DNA of 61,618 nucleotides, from contig JAURYA010000094.1 of NCBI GenBank assembly GCA_030654155.1, positions 1-61,618 on the forward strand. The letters run 5' to 3'. This document shows, in pieces, positions 28,964 through 39,700 of this stretch. This DNA is from Sulfurimonas sp. (GTDB lineage: Bacteria > Campylobacterota > Campylobacteria > Campylobacterales > Sulfurimonadaceae). A program made the position numbers and the translations under genes. The notes beneath the pieces were generated by a model. That model did no database searches. It worked only from the letters and a program-made list of their open reading frames with translations, and had not been told where the DNA came from. How positions within the stretch are numbered: the stretch's first letter is position 1; each line of letters starts with the position of its first letter.

Positions 28964-30292
28964 TTACACTCCTTTTGTGATAATTAATGCTTTTATGATA
29001 TCGGTACCGACTTTGAGCTGAATGTCTTTGTTCATCATCTCATCCGATATGATATGTTTTGAGTCTTTTTTAGTCTCTTCCTCTGCTTCTTGAGTGACGT
29101 CAACTTTCTCTAGCTCTTCTGTTAAATGTTTCTTTAAATCAGCCTCTTTTAGCGCGTACTCATTTTTATTTGTTTTAACTTCACCCGGAAAAACTTCAAT
29201 ATCAGGCTTTACACCAACAGCTTGGATAGTTCTGCCGCTTGGAAGGTAGTATCTTGCAATAGTTAGTTTAATAGCTTCCTCTTCAGTTATAGGGAGCACA
29301 ACCTGAACGCTTCCTTTTCCGAATGTATTTTGACCTACGATAATCGCTCTTTTATGATCTTGAAGCGAGCCGCTTACAATCTCACTCGCACTTGCACTTC
29401 CGCCGTTAACCAATACAACCAAAGGTACTCCGGTTACAGTATTTTCAGGTTTTGCCGTATAAATTTCATCATCAGCTTTATTTCTGCCTTTTTGAGAAAC
29501 GATGTCGCCTTTGTCAACAAATAAGTCTACAAGTCCAACAGCTTGGTCAAGCAGTCCGCCAGGGTTATTTCTTAAATCAAGAACAATCCCTTTTGTGGTT
29601 GCTTTTTTTTGTTTGATGGCTTTTGCAACATCGGCTATAACTTTTTTGTCAAAGCTTGTTACGCGGATATATTGAATATCATTTCCGATAGATTTCGCGT
29701 AAACAGATTCTATTGTGATTACCCCTCTTGTTATGCTGATAGGAAGAGGTTTTGTCTCACCCTCTCTAACAATGGTCAACTCGATTTTTGTACCGACTTT
29801 GCCTCTCATAATTGAAACAGCTTCATCAATAGTCATGCTTAATGTAGATTTTTCATCGATTTTAAGGATAATATCGCCCGCTTTTATGCCGGCTTTATCC
29901 GCTGGGGTGCCCTCAATAGGAGCAATTACGGTAAGAGCGCCGTCTTTTACTCCAACAGTGATTCCAAGCCCGCCAAACTCGCCGTTTGTCTGAACTTTTA
30001 AATTTTTATAATCTTTTTGTGTTAAATAGTTTGAGTGAGCGTCTAAGTTGCTCATCATACCCTCAAGTGCTTTATCCATAAGCTCTTCAATTGTTACATT
30101 ATCAACATTGTACTGCTCAACAATACTGATGACTTTTGTAAATTTTGCCAGAGCTTCAAGCCTTGATGCCTCTTTATTCTCTTTCTTCTCCGTCTTATCC
30201 GTAATGGAGGCAAATAGATTTGTAGAAAACAGTAAAGCTAGAGCAACTGCTACAGAAGCAAAACCAAGAGTAATTAACTTTTTGTTTTTCAT
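28964..30292 (-). CDS. ctpA: S41 family carboxyl-terminal processing protease
   Basis: FGGLGI PDZ loop, LDLRNNPGGLL, SASASEI, TFGKGSVQ. Confidence 0.94.
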   Translation of the reverse strand: MKNKKLITLGFASVAVALALLFSTNLFASITDKTEKKENKEASRLEALAKFTKVISIVEQYNVDNVTIEELMDKALEGMMSNLDAHSNYLTQKDYKNLKVQTNGEFGGLGITVGVKDGALTVIAPIEGTPADKAGIKAGDIILKIDEKSTLSMTIDEAVSIMRGKVGTKIELTIVREGETKPLPISITRGVITIESVYAKSIGNDIQYIRVTSFDKKVIADVAKAIKQKKATTKGIVLDLRNNPGGLLDQAVGLVDLFVDKGDIVSQKGRNKADDEIYTAKPENTVTGVPLVVLVNGGSASASEIVSGSLQDHKRAIIVGQNTFGKGSVQVVLPITEEEAIKLTIARYYLPSGRTIQAVGVKPDIEVFPGEVKTNKNEYALKEADLKKHLTEELEKVDVTQEAEEETKKDSKHIISDEMMNKDIQLKVGTDIIKALIITKGV

Positions 30293-30444
30293 TATTTATC
30301 CTATCTGAATTAAAAAGGCTATTATAGTAAAAAATAGTAAAAAGCTGTTTAAACAGCAATTCGAATTGATTATTGATTCGTGGTAATTTCAATTTAATTT
30401 ATTTTTAATATAATACGAAAATTTTAACAATCAAGGTATAAATT

Positions 30445-30885
30445 ATGAGTACAATAAAAGAGTATTTAAGTGCGGATCATAGTCGTTGCGATGAGCTTTT
30501 TGCAAATATGGAAGATGCGGTAGCAAAATCAATAGATAGTGCAAAAGAGGCATATGAAGAGTTTGCAAAGTCGACTGAGAGACATTTCCAAATGGAAGAG
30601 CGTGTTATGTTTTTTGAGTTTGAGCAAAAAACAGGAATGACGCAGGGTCCTACTGCCATGATGAGACATGAACATGTTCAGATGAGAAACTTAATAGCTG
30701 AGATGGGTAAAGCCATAGACGCTAAAGACAAAGATAAATTTTTCGGCAACAGCGAAACGCTTATGATTTTAATGCAGCAGCACAACATGAAAGAGGAGCA
30801 GATGCTCTACACAATGGCTCAGCAGCACTTAAGTGCCGAATCTGACCGCATTGTAGATATGATGCAGTCGATGATTGTTCAGTAA
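30445..30885 (+). CDS. Hemerythrin/HHE cation-binding domain protein
   Basis: DH, HFQMEE..MF, EH, HNMKEE.MLY motifs. Confidence 0.9.
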   Translation: MSTIKEYLSADHSRCDELFANMEDAVAKSIDSAKEAYEEFAKSTERHFQMEERVMFFEFEQKTGMTQGPTAMMRHEHVQMRNLIAEMGKAIDAKDKDKFFGNSETLMILMQQHNMKEEQMLYTMAQQHLSAESDRIVDMMQSMIVQ

Positions 30886-30900
30886 AAGCGGGAGGCGGAT

Positions 30901-32199
30901 ATGGATTTTGACGGACTTTCGGTTGACCAAGCGCCGCCCATATCAGCGCCGCTTAGATTTTTTTTAACAGCACCTCTTTTTGGTGTTTTGGCTGGAGTTT
31001 TAATCCTTTTAAGCGATGCACAGACACTCTCTAGCCGCTTCTCTTCAGATTCGATAGCAATTACGCATGCAATCACCATCGGTTTTTTAAGCTTTGTAAT
31101 GCTCGGAGCATTGACTCAGATGTTGCCGGTTTTAGCTGGAGTAAAAATTGCCAAAGTCGATATGGTTGCCAAGATATCACACTTTTTTTTACTTTTCGGT
31201 ACTCTTTTTATGATTTTTGGATTAGAGTATGATTTCTCAAAACTTATCTTAAGCGCATCACTGTTTTTGGGTATAGGTTTTTTGACAATGATAGTATCAA
31301 TGTTGATTGGTTTAAGAAATATTATAAATGCAACTGCAAGCGTAAAGGCGATGATTACGAGTTTACTCTTTGCGCTCATCATAGTTTTACTTGGAATGCA
31401 CCTGTTGGCGTCACACGGCACGGGCAAATTTTCAGAGTTACATGTAATGCTTGCAAATATTCATAGTGTTTGGGCTATTTTTGGCTTTGCCGGGGTTTTA
31501 ATCATAGGTGTTGCTTTTCATATATTGCCTATGTTTTATGTAGCGCCGAGATTTAAAAAGTTTTGCAAACAAAAAGTTGTTTGGCTGATAAGCACAGGAC
31601 TCTTTTTATGGTTAGCTTTAAACCTCTATTTTGAATCTTACGCCATTGTGGCGAAAATATGGGTTGCTCTCTTCTTCTGGGCATTTGCTACAACAGTCTA
31701 TTTAAAACTAAATGCTCGTCGGCGTCCAATCAGTGACGTAACTGTCTGGTACTGGAGAAGTGCGGCAATTTTTATGACATTCGGCGCATTTGTATGGGCG
31801 ATAAACGATTTTTACGACGGAAAATATATTGTAGTCGTCTCTATACTCATCGGCGGCGGATTTATCTTCTCTATTATGTCGGGAATGTTATATAAAATAG
31901 TTCCGTTTTTGGTCTGGTTTCACCTGAATGCCAAGGGATATATGAGCATTCCGACAATGAATGATATGATTGACAAAAGATTGGCTAAAACTCAATTTAT
32001 ACTCTTTATAATCTCTCTTGTAGGCTTTATAATTTCATTTTTTCTTCCTTATCTTTTAGTGATTTTTGCGATTACATTTATAGCAAGCATGATAATATTA
32101 GAGTACAATATCGTTATTCCAGTTTTGATTTATGCAAAAATTATCAAAACTAAACCAGATTTTGACATGAGTATGTTTACAATGAAAGTAGAAAAATAG
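30901..32199 (+). CDS. Polytopic membrane protein (~12 TM), NnrS/heme-copper-oxidase-like architecture suspected
   Basis: About 12 hydrophobic segments; repeated H...G...G...LP units (THAITIGF...GALTQMLP; HSVWAIFGF...GV...ILPMF; GMLYKIVPF). Confidence 0.7.
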   Translation: MDFDGLSVDQAPPISAPLRFFLTAPLFGVLAGVLILLSDAQTLSSRFSSDSIAITHAITIGFLSFVMLGALTQMLPVLAGVKIAKVDMVAKISHFFLLFGTLFMIFGLEYDFSKLILSASLFLGIGFLTMIVSMLIGLRNIINATASVKAMITSLLFALIIVLLGMHLLASHGTGKFSELHVMLANIHSVWAIFGFAGVLIIGVAFHILPMFYVAPRFKKFCKQKVVWLISTGLFLWLALNLYFESYAIVAKIWVALFFWAFATTVYLKLNARRRPISDVTVWYWRSAAIFMTFGAFVWAINDFYDGKYIVVVSILIGGGFIFSIMSGMLYKIVPFLVWFHLNAKGYMSIPTMNDMIDKRLAKTQFILFIISLVGFIISFFLPYLLVIFAITFIASMIILEYNIVIPVLIYAKIIKTKPDFDMSMFTMKVEK

Positions 32200-32201
32200 A
32201 A

Positions 32202-32717
32202 GTGAAAAATATTATTTTAGTTGGATTTATGGGCGTAGGCAAGGGCAGTGTAGCTCGTGAAATTATCAAGATATCTGACTACATGTCGATAGACACAGAT
32301 GACTTGATACAGAGCATGGAAAACAGAACTGTTAAAAAAATATTTGAAGAGAGCGGCGAAGAGTACTTTAGAAATTTAGAGAAAAAAGTCTCTCTATGGC
32401 TGCAAAACAGTGTGAAAAATACTCTCATATCAACAGGCGGCGGATTTTATAAGCAGAAAAACTTAAAGGATATTGGAGTTGTTGTTTTTTTAAACTCGCC
32501 TTTTGATAAAATACTCAAGCGAATAAAAAGTCATCCAAATGCAGCAAAAAAACTTAAAAAAAGACCGCTGCTAAATGATATGAAAAAGGCAAAAGAGCTC
32601 TATAAGGAGCGCTTGCCCCAATATACGGCTGTTGCGGATATTATAATTGATGTAACTGACAAAAGCGCACTTGAATGTGCCAAAGAACTTCTATTAAAGG
32701 TGAAAACAGATGCGTAA
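32202..32717 (+). CDS. aroK: Shikimate kinase
   Basis: LVGFMGVGK, DTD, IF...GE.YFR.LE, STGGG, RPLL. Confidence 0.95.
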   Translation: MKNIILVGFMGVGKGSVAREIIKISDYMSIDTDDLIQSMENRTVKKIFEESGEEYFRNLEKKVSLWLQNSVKNTLISTGGGFYKQKNLKDIGVVVFLNSPFDKILKRIKSHPNAAKKLKKRPLLNDMKKAKELYKERLPQYTAVADIIIDVTDKSALECAKELLLKVKTDA

Positions 32718-33126
32718 ATTATTTATATATTTAATACTTGGTGTTATGATTAATCTCTCTGCCGCTGAAATAAAGTGGGAAAAAGATTATCATGAGGGAA
32801 TTAAGAGTGCGCGAAAAGTCGTAAAGCCGGTTTTGTTTGTCTCATCAAGCCACACATGTAAATATTGTGTAATTTTAGATGAAACCACATTTAAAGATAA
32901 AAAAATAGTAGAAGAGTTAAATAAAAATTTTGTTTCAATAATTTCATATAGCGATGAAGGCGATTTTACGCCACAAGAGCTATGGCAGCCTGGAACTCCT
33001 GCTATCTGGTTTTTAAAGCCAAATGGAGAGCCGATGTTTCAGCCGCTTATGGGAGCCATGGATGTTGAGAATTTTTTAAAGGCACTTGCTATCGTAAAAG
33101 AAGAGTTTAGCAAAGGGAAAAAGTAG
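32710..33126 (+). CDS. Exported thioredoxin-fold protein (SoxW/DUF255-like)
   Basis: Signal peptide, CKYC active site, GTP cis-Pro loop. Confidence 0.85.
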   Translation: MRKLFIYLILGVMINLSAAEIKWEKDYHEGIKSARKVVKPVLFVSSSHTCKYCVILDETTFKDKKIVEELNKNFVSIISYSDEGDFTPQELWQPGTPAIWFLKPNGEPMFQPLMGAMDVENFLKALAIVKEEFSKGKK

Positions 33127-33129
33127 ATA

Positions 33130-34422
33130 ATGATTTTTACAAATTCAAAAAGCACTGATTTTAAAGCCCAGTTTGATGAACTTCTTGGACGAGGCAAAAT
33201 GGATATGGCACAAGTAGGTGCTGTTGTTGAAAATATTATAAGCGAAATAAAAAACAACAAGAATCAAGCCTTAAAAGAGCATATAACAAAGTTTGACAAA
33301 TGGACCCCAAAAAGTGATGAGGATCTGAAAATATCGACAGACTCTATGAGCAGGGCTTATGCCAATCTTGATGAAAAATTAAAAAAGACACTTCATTTGG
33401 CATACGACAGAATTAAAGTTTATCATGAGAAACAAAAACCTAGATCTTGGTTTGATGATGAGCCAAATGGGATAATACTTGGTCAAAGGGTTACTCCTGT
33501 TGATAGTGCAGGACTATATATTCCGGGTGGTAAAGCTGCTTACCCGTCCTCACTTCTTATGAATGTTATTCCTGCTCAAGTTGCAGGAGTAGAGAATATT
33601 GTAGTTTGTACACCAACACCAAATAATGAACCAAATGAGCTTCTTCTTGCGGCTTGTCATCTGTGCGGAGTGAGTGAAGTTTACAAAGTCGGCGGAGCAA
33701 GTGCAATCGCGGCGATGGCTTATGGAACAGAGACAATACCAAAAGTAGATGTGATTACCGGACCAGGAAATATATTTGTGGCAACTGCAAAAAAGATGGT
33801 TTTTGGTGATGTAAATATAGATATGATAGCAGGACCGAGCGAGATAGGAATCCTTGCAGATGAGAGCGCAAATCCTTCTCATATGGCTATTGATATGTTG
33901 TCTCAAGCAGAACATGATGAGATGGCAAGTTCTATTTTAATAACGCCGTCACAAAAGTTGGCTGATGAGGTTAAAATTGAGATTGAAAATTGGCTCAAAA
34001 AACTTCCTCGTCAAGAGATTGCAAGAAAGTCAATTGAGGAACGCGGAGCAATAATCGTTACTGCGGATATGGAAGAAGCTATCGAACTTATGAACCAAAT
34101 TGCACCCGAGCATCTAGAGGTCGCGACAATCTCACCATTTGAGTTGCTTCCACTAATAAAACATGCCGGAGCGATTTTTCTAGGACATAACACACCTGAA
34201 GCAATCGGCGATTATGTGGCAGGTCCTAACCATACGCTTCCGACAGGCGGAACCGCCAAATTTTACTCTCCTCTAGGGGTTGAAAATTTTATGAAAAAAA
34301 CATCAATTATCTCTTTTAGCCAAAAAGCTATAAACGAGATAGGCGAAGAGTGCGCACTTATTGCAAAAATAGAGGGACTTACAGCTCACGAGCAGTCGGT
34401 CAGAGTGAGACTTAAAAAATAA
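33130..34422 (+). CDS. hisD: Histidinol dehydrogenase
   Basis: GLYIPGG.A.YPSS, GPGNIFV, IDMIAGPSE, SQAEH, APEHL, GDY.AGPNHTLPT, EGL.AH. Confidence 0.97.
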   Translation: MIFTNSKSTDFKAQFDELLGRGKMDMAQVGAVVENIISEIKNNKNQALKEHITKFDKWTPKSDEDLKISTDSMSRAYANLDEKLKKTLHLAYDRIKVYHEKQKPRSWFDDEPNGIILGQRVTPVDSAGLYIPGGKAAYPSSLLMNVIPAQVAGVENIVVCTPTPNNEPNELLLAACHLCGVSEVYKVGGASAIAAMAYGTETIPKVDVITGPGNIFVATAKKMVFGDVNIDMIAGPSEIGILADESANPSHMAIDMLSQAEHDEMASSILITPSQKLADEVKIEIENWLKKLPRQEIARKSIEERGAIIVTADMEEAIELMNQIAPEHLEVATISPFELLPLIKHAGAIFLGHNTPEAIGDYVAGPNHTLPTGGTAKFYSPLGVENFMKKTSIISFSQKAINEIGEECALIAKIEGLTAHEQSVRVRLKK

Positions 34423-34499
34423 AACTAGTTTTTGCTTTATAAGAAATGATAAAAATTTATATGTAAAATGCCCTTATATTTTAATATAAAGGCATTATC

Positions 34500-34973
34500 A
34501 TGTTACACCCTGCTTCAGTACACTTCGCGGTTGTTCTACCTCTAATAGCTCTAATTATAGGCGTGGTTTATCTTCTTAAGCCGAGTGACACACTTCAAAA
34601 AATATCTACAGGTTTTGTACTGTTTGCCGCAATTTTTGTCGGTATTGCATTTTTAACAGGCAAAGAGGACGCCGGCGAAGTTTTTCAGTATCTTTCGGTT
34701 GATGGAAAAGCAGCTCTTGGAGAGCATGCAAAACTTGGGAAATATTTGGCGATAGCTATGGGTTTAGTAGCAGTTATTAATCTATTCGGATATTTTAAAA
34801 AGGTTTACAAAGTAGAACTTTTATCAATTATTCTAGTTGCTGCAGCTAGTGCTGGCATACTCTATCAAGGCAAAATCGGCGGAGAAATTACTTATAAACA
34901 TGGTGCTCACGTAGATGGTCATTCTGAGGGCAGGGCTTGTCTTGAAGAAAAAGCTTTGTTTGATGATGAGTAA
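34500..34973 (+). CDS. DUF2231-like membrane protein
   Basis: LHPA.VHF at N-terminus, four TMs, conserved His before TM3, GG.I.Y.HG. Confidence 0.75.
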   Translation: MLHPASVHFAVVLPLIALIIGVVYLLKPSDTLQKISTGFVLFAAIFVGIAFLTGKEDAGEVFQYLSVDGKAALGEHAKLGKYLAIAMGLVAVINLFGYFKKVYKVELLSIILVAAASAGILYQGKIGGEITYKHGAHVDGHSEGRACLEEKALFDDE

Positions 34974-35172
34974 AATATAGCTTTAAAATATTCACATAGA
35001 TAAGAATTATTATAAAATTATCACATTTTTATAACTAATTTAAGCTTTATATAGGTAGTATTCTCCTAATGAGAATTTCTATGTTTTTTTAGAATGAGGA
35101 TCTCTTTTTTAAAAGATTAACCATAGTTATAAATCTTAACATTTGTCTATTAAAAGGCTATAAGGAGAAAAT

Positions 35173-35811
35173 ATGCAATTAGGCTTCCTAGTTGACTTAC
35201 ATCTGTGTATGGGATGTAAGGGGTGTGAAATCGCATGTAAAGTGGAAAATGAAGTTCCGCTTAGTACATGGAGACTTCGTGTTAAATATGTAGATGTAGG
35301 AACTTTTCCTGAAACAAGAAGAACATTTACACCTTTAAGATGTAATCACTGTGAAAATGCACCGTGTGAGAGAATCTGTCCGGTTAGTGCGCTTCACTAT
35401 CTGGATAACGGTATTGTAAATATCGATAAAGAGCGTTGTATCGGCTGTGCCGGTTGTGTCATGGCTTGTCCTTACGGAGCGATTTACATAGATCCTCAAA
35501 CACAAACTGCCGACAAATGTACATATTGTGCTCACCGTGTGGCTTCAAGTATGATGCCTGCTTGTGTTGTTGCATGTCCTGTTCAAGCAAATATTTTTGG
35601 TGACCTTGAAGACCCAACTTCAAACATTTCTAAATATATTCAAATTAATCAAGGCGGAGTTCAAGTTCGTAAGCCTGAAAAAGGGACAAACCCTCACCAC
35701 TTCTATGTTGGCGGCGGAAATGTTACCCTTAATCCTCTTGCTTCTCAGAGAATGCAAGGACACAATTTGTTTAACAACATAACAACACTTCCAGTAGGAG
35801 GACACCACTAA
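35173..35811 (+). CDS. 4Fe-4S electron-transfer subunit (NrfC/PsrB/DmsB type)
   Basis: CMGCKGCEIAC, CNHCENAPCERICP, CIGCAGCVMACP, KCTYC...PACVVACP. Confidence 0.94.
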   Translation: MQLGFLVDLHLCMGCKGCEIACKVENEVPLSTWRLRVKYVDVGTFPETRRTFTPLRCNHCENAPCERICPVSALHYLDNGIVNIDKERCIGCAGCVMACPYGAIYIDPQTQTADKCTYCAHRVASSMMPACVVACPVQANIFGDLEDPTSNISKYIQINQGGVQVRKPEKGTNPHHFYVGGGNVTLNPLASQRMQGHNLFNNITTLPVGGHH

Positions 35812-36710
35812 TGGCACATGAAATATTGGCAGCAACAAATGCTGTAGTTACTTTAGATGTAGCTCTTCCAGGGATAGTTTGGCCTTGGCTGGTTACGGTT
35901 AATATGTGGGCAAAGAGCATCGGTACGGGTGTTATATTTATGCTTTTCATACTTCTTAGAATGCATCCGGAATCAGCTAAAAATTTAAGATTTCCGACTG
36001 CAATAGTAGCTTTTGTTTTTATTAACATTTTCTTACTTTTCACATTGGCTGATTTACATCAACCGTTTAGAATGTGGCATATTTTTGTTTATTCAAACTG
36101 GACATCTGCAATAGCAATCGGTTCTTTTATGGCATCGACATTCTTGGGTCTTTTGACTTTCTTAGGTTATTTGGCTTATAAAAAAGATTATGTGACTTTT
36201 GACAAAATATTGCTTTGGACAACGATTTTAGCAATTCCGGTAACGCTTTATACTGCCGGTTTAATGGCTCAGTGTACAGCTCGTGAACTATGGCAAATGC
36301 CGACAGAATCTGCACAAATGATGCTAGCGGCACTGCTTTCGGGTTCTGCTTTTATGATTTTGATGGGCGGAAACAAACTTAGCGGCGAAGCAAAAAATAC
36401 TTTAGCTGTTATTCTTGGTTTAAGTGCGCTAATGTCATTTATTATCTACATGTCAGAATATATATTCGGACCGATGAAAGCAGAAGAAGTTGCTGCAACT
36501 CTTGATTATATTAAGGGTCATGGACAATATAGTGTAATGTTTTGGTTAGGTCAATGGATGGCTTATCTTTTACCGATGTTGTTTATAGTGTTGAGTAGAG
36601 CTAGTAAATCTGAGAGTATTTTAAAACTTGCAGCGATTTTAGCATTAGTCGGTTTAGCTATAGTTAAACATGTATGGCTGATGATTCCACAATTATTACC
36701 AATGAGCTAG
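35811..36710 (+). CDS. NrfD/PsrC-family membrane anchor
   Basis: About 8 TMs; W.W.V..., DLHQP.R, S.I..G, YTA.L......R.LW. Confidence 0.9.
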   Translation: MAHEILAATNAVVTLDVALPGIVWPWLVTVNMWAKSIGTGVIFMLFILLRMHPESAKNLRFPTAIVAFVFINIFLLFTLADLHQPFRMWHIFVYSNWTSAIAIGSFMASTFLGLLTFLGYLAYKKDYVTFDKILLWTTILAIPVTLYTAGLMAQCTARELWQMPTESAQMMLAALLSGSAFMILMGGNKLSGEAKNTLAVILGLSALMSFIIYMSEYIFGPMKAEEVAATLDYIKGHGQYSVMFWLGQWMAYLLPMLFIVLSRASKSESILKLAAILALVGLAIVKHVWLMIPQLLPMS

Positions 36711-36723
36711 GGAGAATATTTTA

Positions 36724-39700
36724 ATGTATTTACAAAGTAGAAGAACATTTTTAAAAGGCGCTGCATTTACTGTTGCAGGCGCTACTATTGCAAGAGGCGT
36801 ATTTACAACTGATGCTATCGCTGAATCTGTTAGCGAGAGCAAGTTTACTAATACTCCTAATTCATTATCATTTTATCCTCCGATGAGCGAGTGGAATGAC
36901 TTTAAAGAGTTAGATGGGGATGATTGGAAAAGAGGCGGTATCGATCGTCACGGCGTTAGAAGTGAATCGAATCCTGATGGTATAGAAGTTAATGATTTTA
37001 TGATAATCCCGACAGCATGTTCAAACTGTGAAGCTTCTTGCGGTATAACTGCATGGGTTGATAAAAAATCATTTACGGTAAAAAAATATATGGGTAACCC
37101 TTTCCATCCAGGAAGCCGCGGCCGTAACTGTGCAAAAGGTTATGCCGTTCAATCTCAAATGTATGATCCGGATCGTATCGCATTCCCACTTAAGCGTGCT
37201 CCAGGCTCTGCTCGTGGAGAGGGTAAATGGATTCGTACTACTTGGGACGAAGCTATGACTACCATTGGTAACAAAATGGCTGAGACTATTGAGAAGGGTG
37301 ATGAAATCTCAAAAAAATCAGTAATGTTTCATATTGGCCGTCCAAATGAAAATGGTTTTGTTCCGGCAATTTGGCACACATTAGGCATGGATGCTTATAA
37401 TTCACACACAAATATCTGTTCTGCAAATGGCCGTACTCCGACTATTCAATTTGCAAATGATGACAGAACTTCTCCGGACTGGGCAAATGCTAAACTGATT
37501 TTCCTAAACTCTTCACACGCTGCAGATGCGGGTCACTACTTTGCTCAATCAGCTGCATTTATTGCTGATGCAAGAGCTAAGGGTGCTAAGATGGTCGTTA
37601 TGGACCCTCGTCTCTCAAACTCTGCTGGTATGGCTGATCTTTGGATTGCTGCATGGCCTGGTACTGAGCCGGCTATATACCTTTACTTAACACAAAGAAT
37701 TCTAAATGAAAACAAAGTAGATAAAGCTTTTGTTAAAAAGTGGATTAACTGGGAAGTATTCTTAGATAATAAAAAATATTTAGAGTTTATGGTTAGCAAG
37801 GGGTACATCTCTAAAGTTCCAAGCGGAGATGATTTTGATACTTTCTTAGCTGTTTTAAAAGAGTTGTACTCTCCTTACACGTTAGATTACACCGTAAAAG
37901 AGACACACGTTCCTGCATATAAGCTAGAAGCACTTTATGATATGTTTATATGGGCCGGCGAGTCTATATCTACATATTTTTGGAGAGCATCAGCTGCTGG
38001 AAATCGTGGTGGCTGGATGGGTGGCCGTACTGGTTATTTCGCTCTTGCGCTTCGTGGTGCAATCGGACCGGAGGGTGGAACGTTTTTCCACCACTGGCAT
38101 GTAATTTCTGTATCAGGCAAGGGCGGAAGCTCAACCGTCGGTCAGGGAATGCGTGGTGAAAATATTGCAAAAGTAGATGTTTATAATGAATTGACATATC
38201 CGCCGGAATGGCCTTTGTCATCTTATGAAATGTCATATCTTCTGCCACATCTTTTAACTGACACTGAGTGGCAAAATAAATGGATAGCAAAAGGGCTTAA
38301 AATTCCTCAAAAACTATCTGTATATATCCCTCGTATGTACAATCCTGTTTGGATTAATCCAGATGGATTTAGATGGATAGAGACTCTAAAAGATGAGTCT
38401 AAGATGGAACTTACGATGAATCTATCTCCAGTATGGTCTGAGACAAATTGGTATATGGACTATATTTTACCGGTTGGACTTGCAGGCGAGAGACATGATC
38501 AGCACTCTGAGGCTACAATGCCGGCTCGTTGGACATCTTTCCGTCAGCCGGTTTTAAGAGTTGCTCTAGAAAAAGCTGGATGGAAACCTAAAAATCCTGC
38601 TCGTGCTACACTTGAAGCTCATATAAAAGCCGGACTTGGCGAAGTTTGGGAAGATAATGAATTCTGGTTCGAACTGTGTGTCAACTATATTGACCCAACA
38701 GGAAAACTAGGTATCAAAAAAATGTGGGAGTCTAAAAAGAACCCAGGTAAGCCGGTTACTATTGCTGAGTGGTATGATGCGGCATTTGGCGACAACTTGC
38801 CAAATCTAAAAGCAACTGCAACAACAGATGAGAGATACAAGAATTCCGAATATCCTGTATATGAGTATATGAGAGATTACGGTGCTTGGATGGAAGAGAA
38901 TAATATCTACTCTGCGCAAGAGCGTGAAATCAAAGATGACGGAGAAAACTACATTTCTCATGGTCATAAATATGATAAAAAACATGTTCATATCAACAAG
39001 AGAACAGGCGTGATGACTGCAGAGTCACATGGTCAAACAAAATCTATCGGTATTGAAATTAACGGCAAGAAAATGGAAGGTTTTGCTACGCTTGACAAGA
39101 AGCTTGACTTCTTCTGTGAGTGGCTTGCAGATGATTGGAAATGGCCGGAATATGCTATTCCATTCTACCCAAGGAATGATCAAGAGAAGAAAGAGATGGT
39201 ACACCTCGTTTCTCATGTAAACCACTCATATATGACAGAGAAAGACTCGTACGCATTAAATACTGTATTTAGATTACCGTACAATATTCATACGCGTTCT
39301 GCGAACTCTAAGCACCTGATGGAGATTTCGCAAAACCATGACCCAATCTGGATTTCGACTGGGGATGCAGCTCGCCAAGGGTTTAAGCGCGGAGATGCAA
39401 TTCGTGTTAGAATCGTAGATAGTCTATCTGGGTTAGAATCAGGTTTCTTTGTAGCTATGGCAGTGCCGACTGAGGGTGTCCTTCCAGGTACGCTTGCTTG
39501 TTCACATCATGGCGGAAGATGGAAGTTAACTAACTCTGTTGCTATTCCAAATGGGGTAAGCGACGGCAAAGTTGATTCACAACCGGTACCTAGAAATATT
39601 AATGACCCTAAATTTTTGGCTCATCCGGTTGAAAATGTTGGTAAAGACGGCGCTCAAATTAAAATTGAAGATTATAGCGGTAAGAGCGGAATTAACAGTT

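Noticed and set aside
35062-35172. Moco/Tuco riboswitch before the molybdoenzyme operon
   Set aside because: Extremely AT-rich leader with no multi-stem structure visible.
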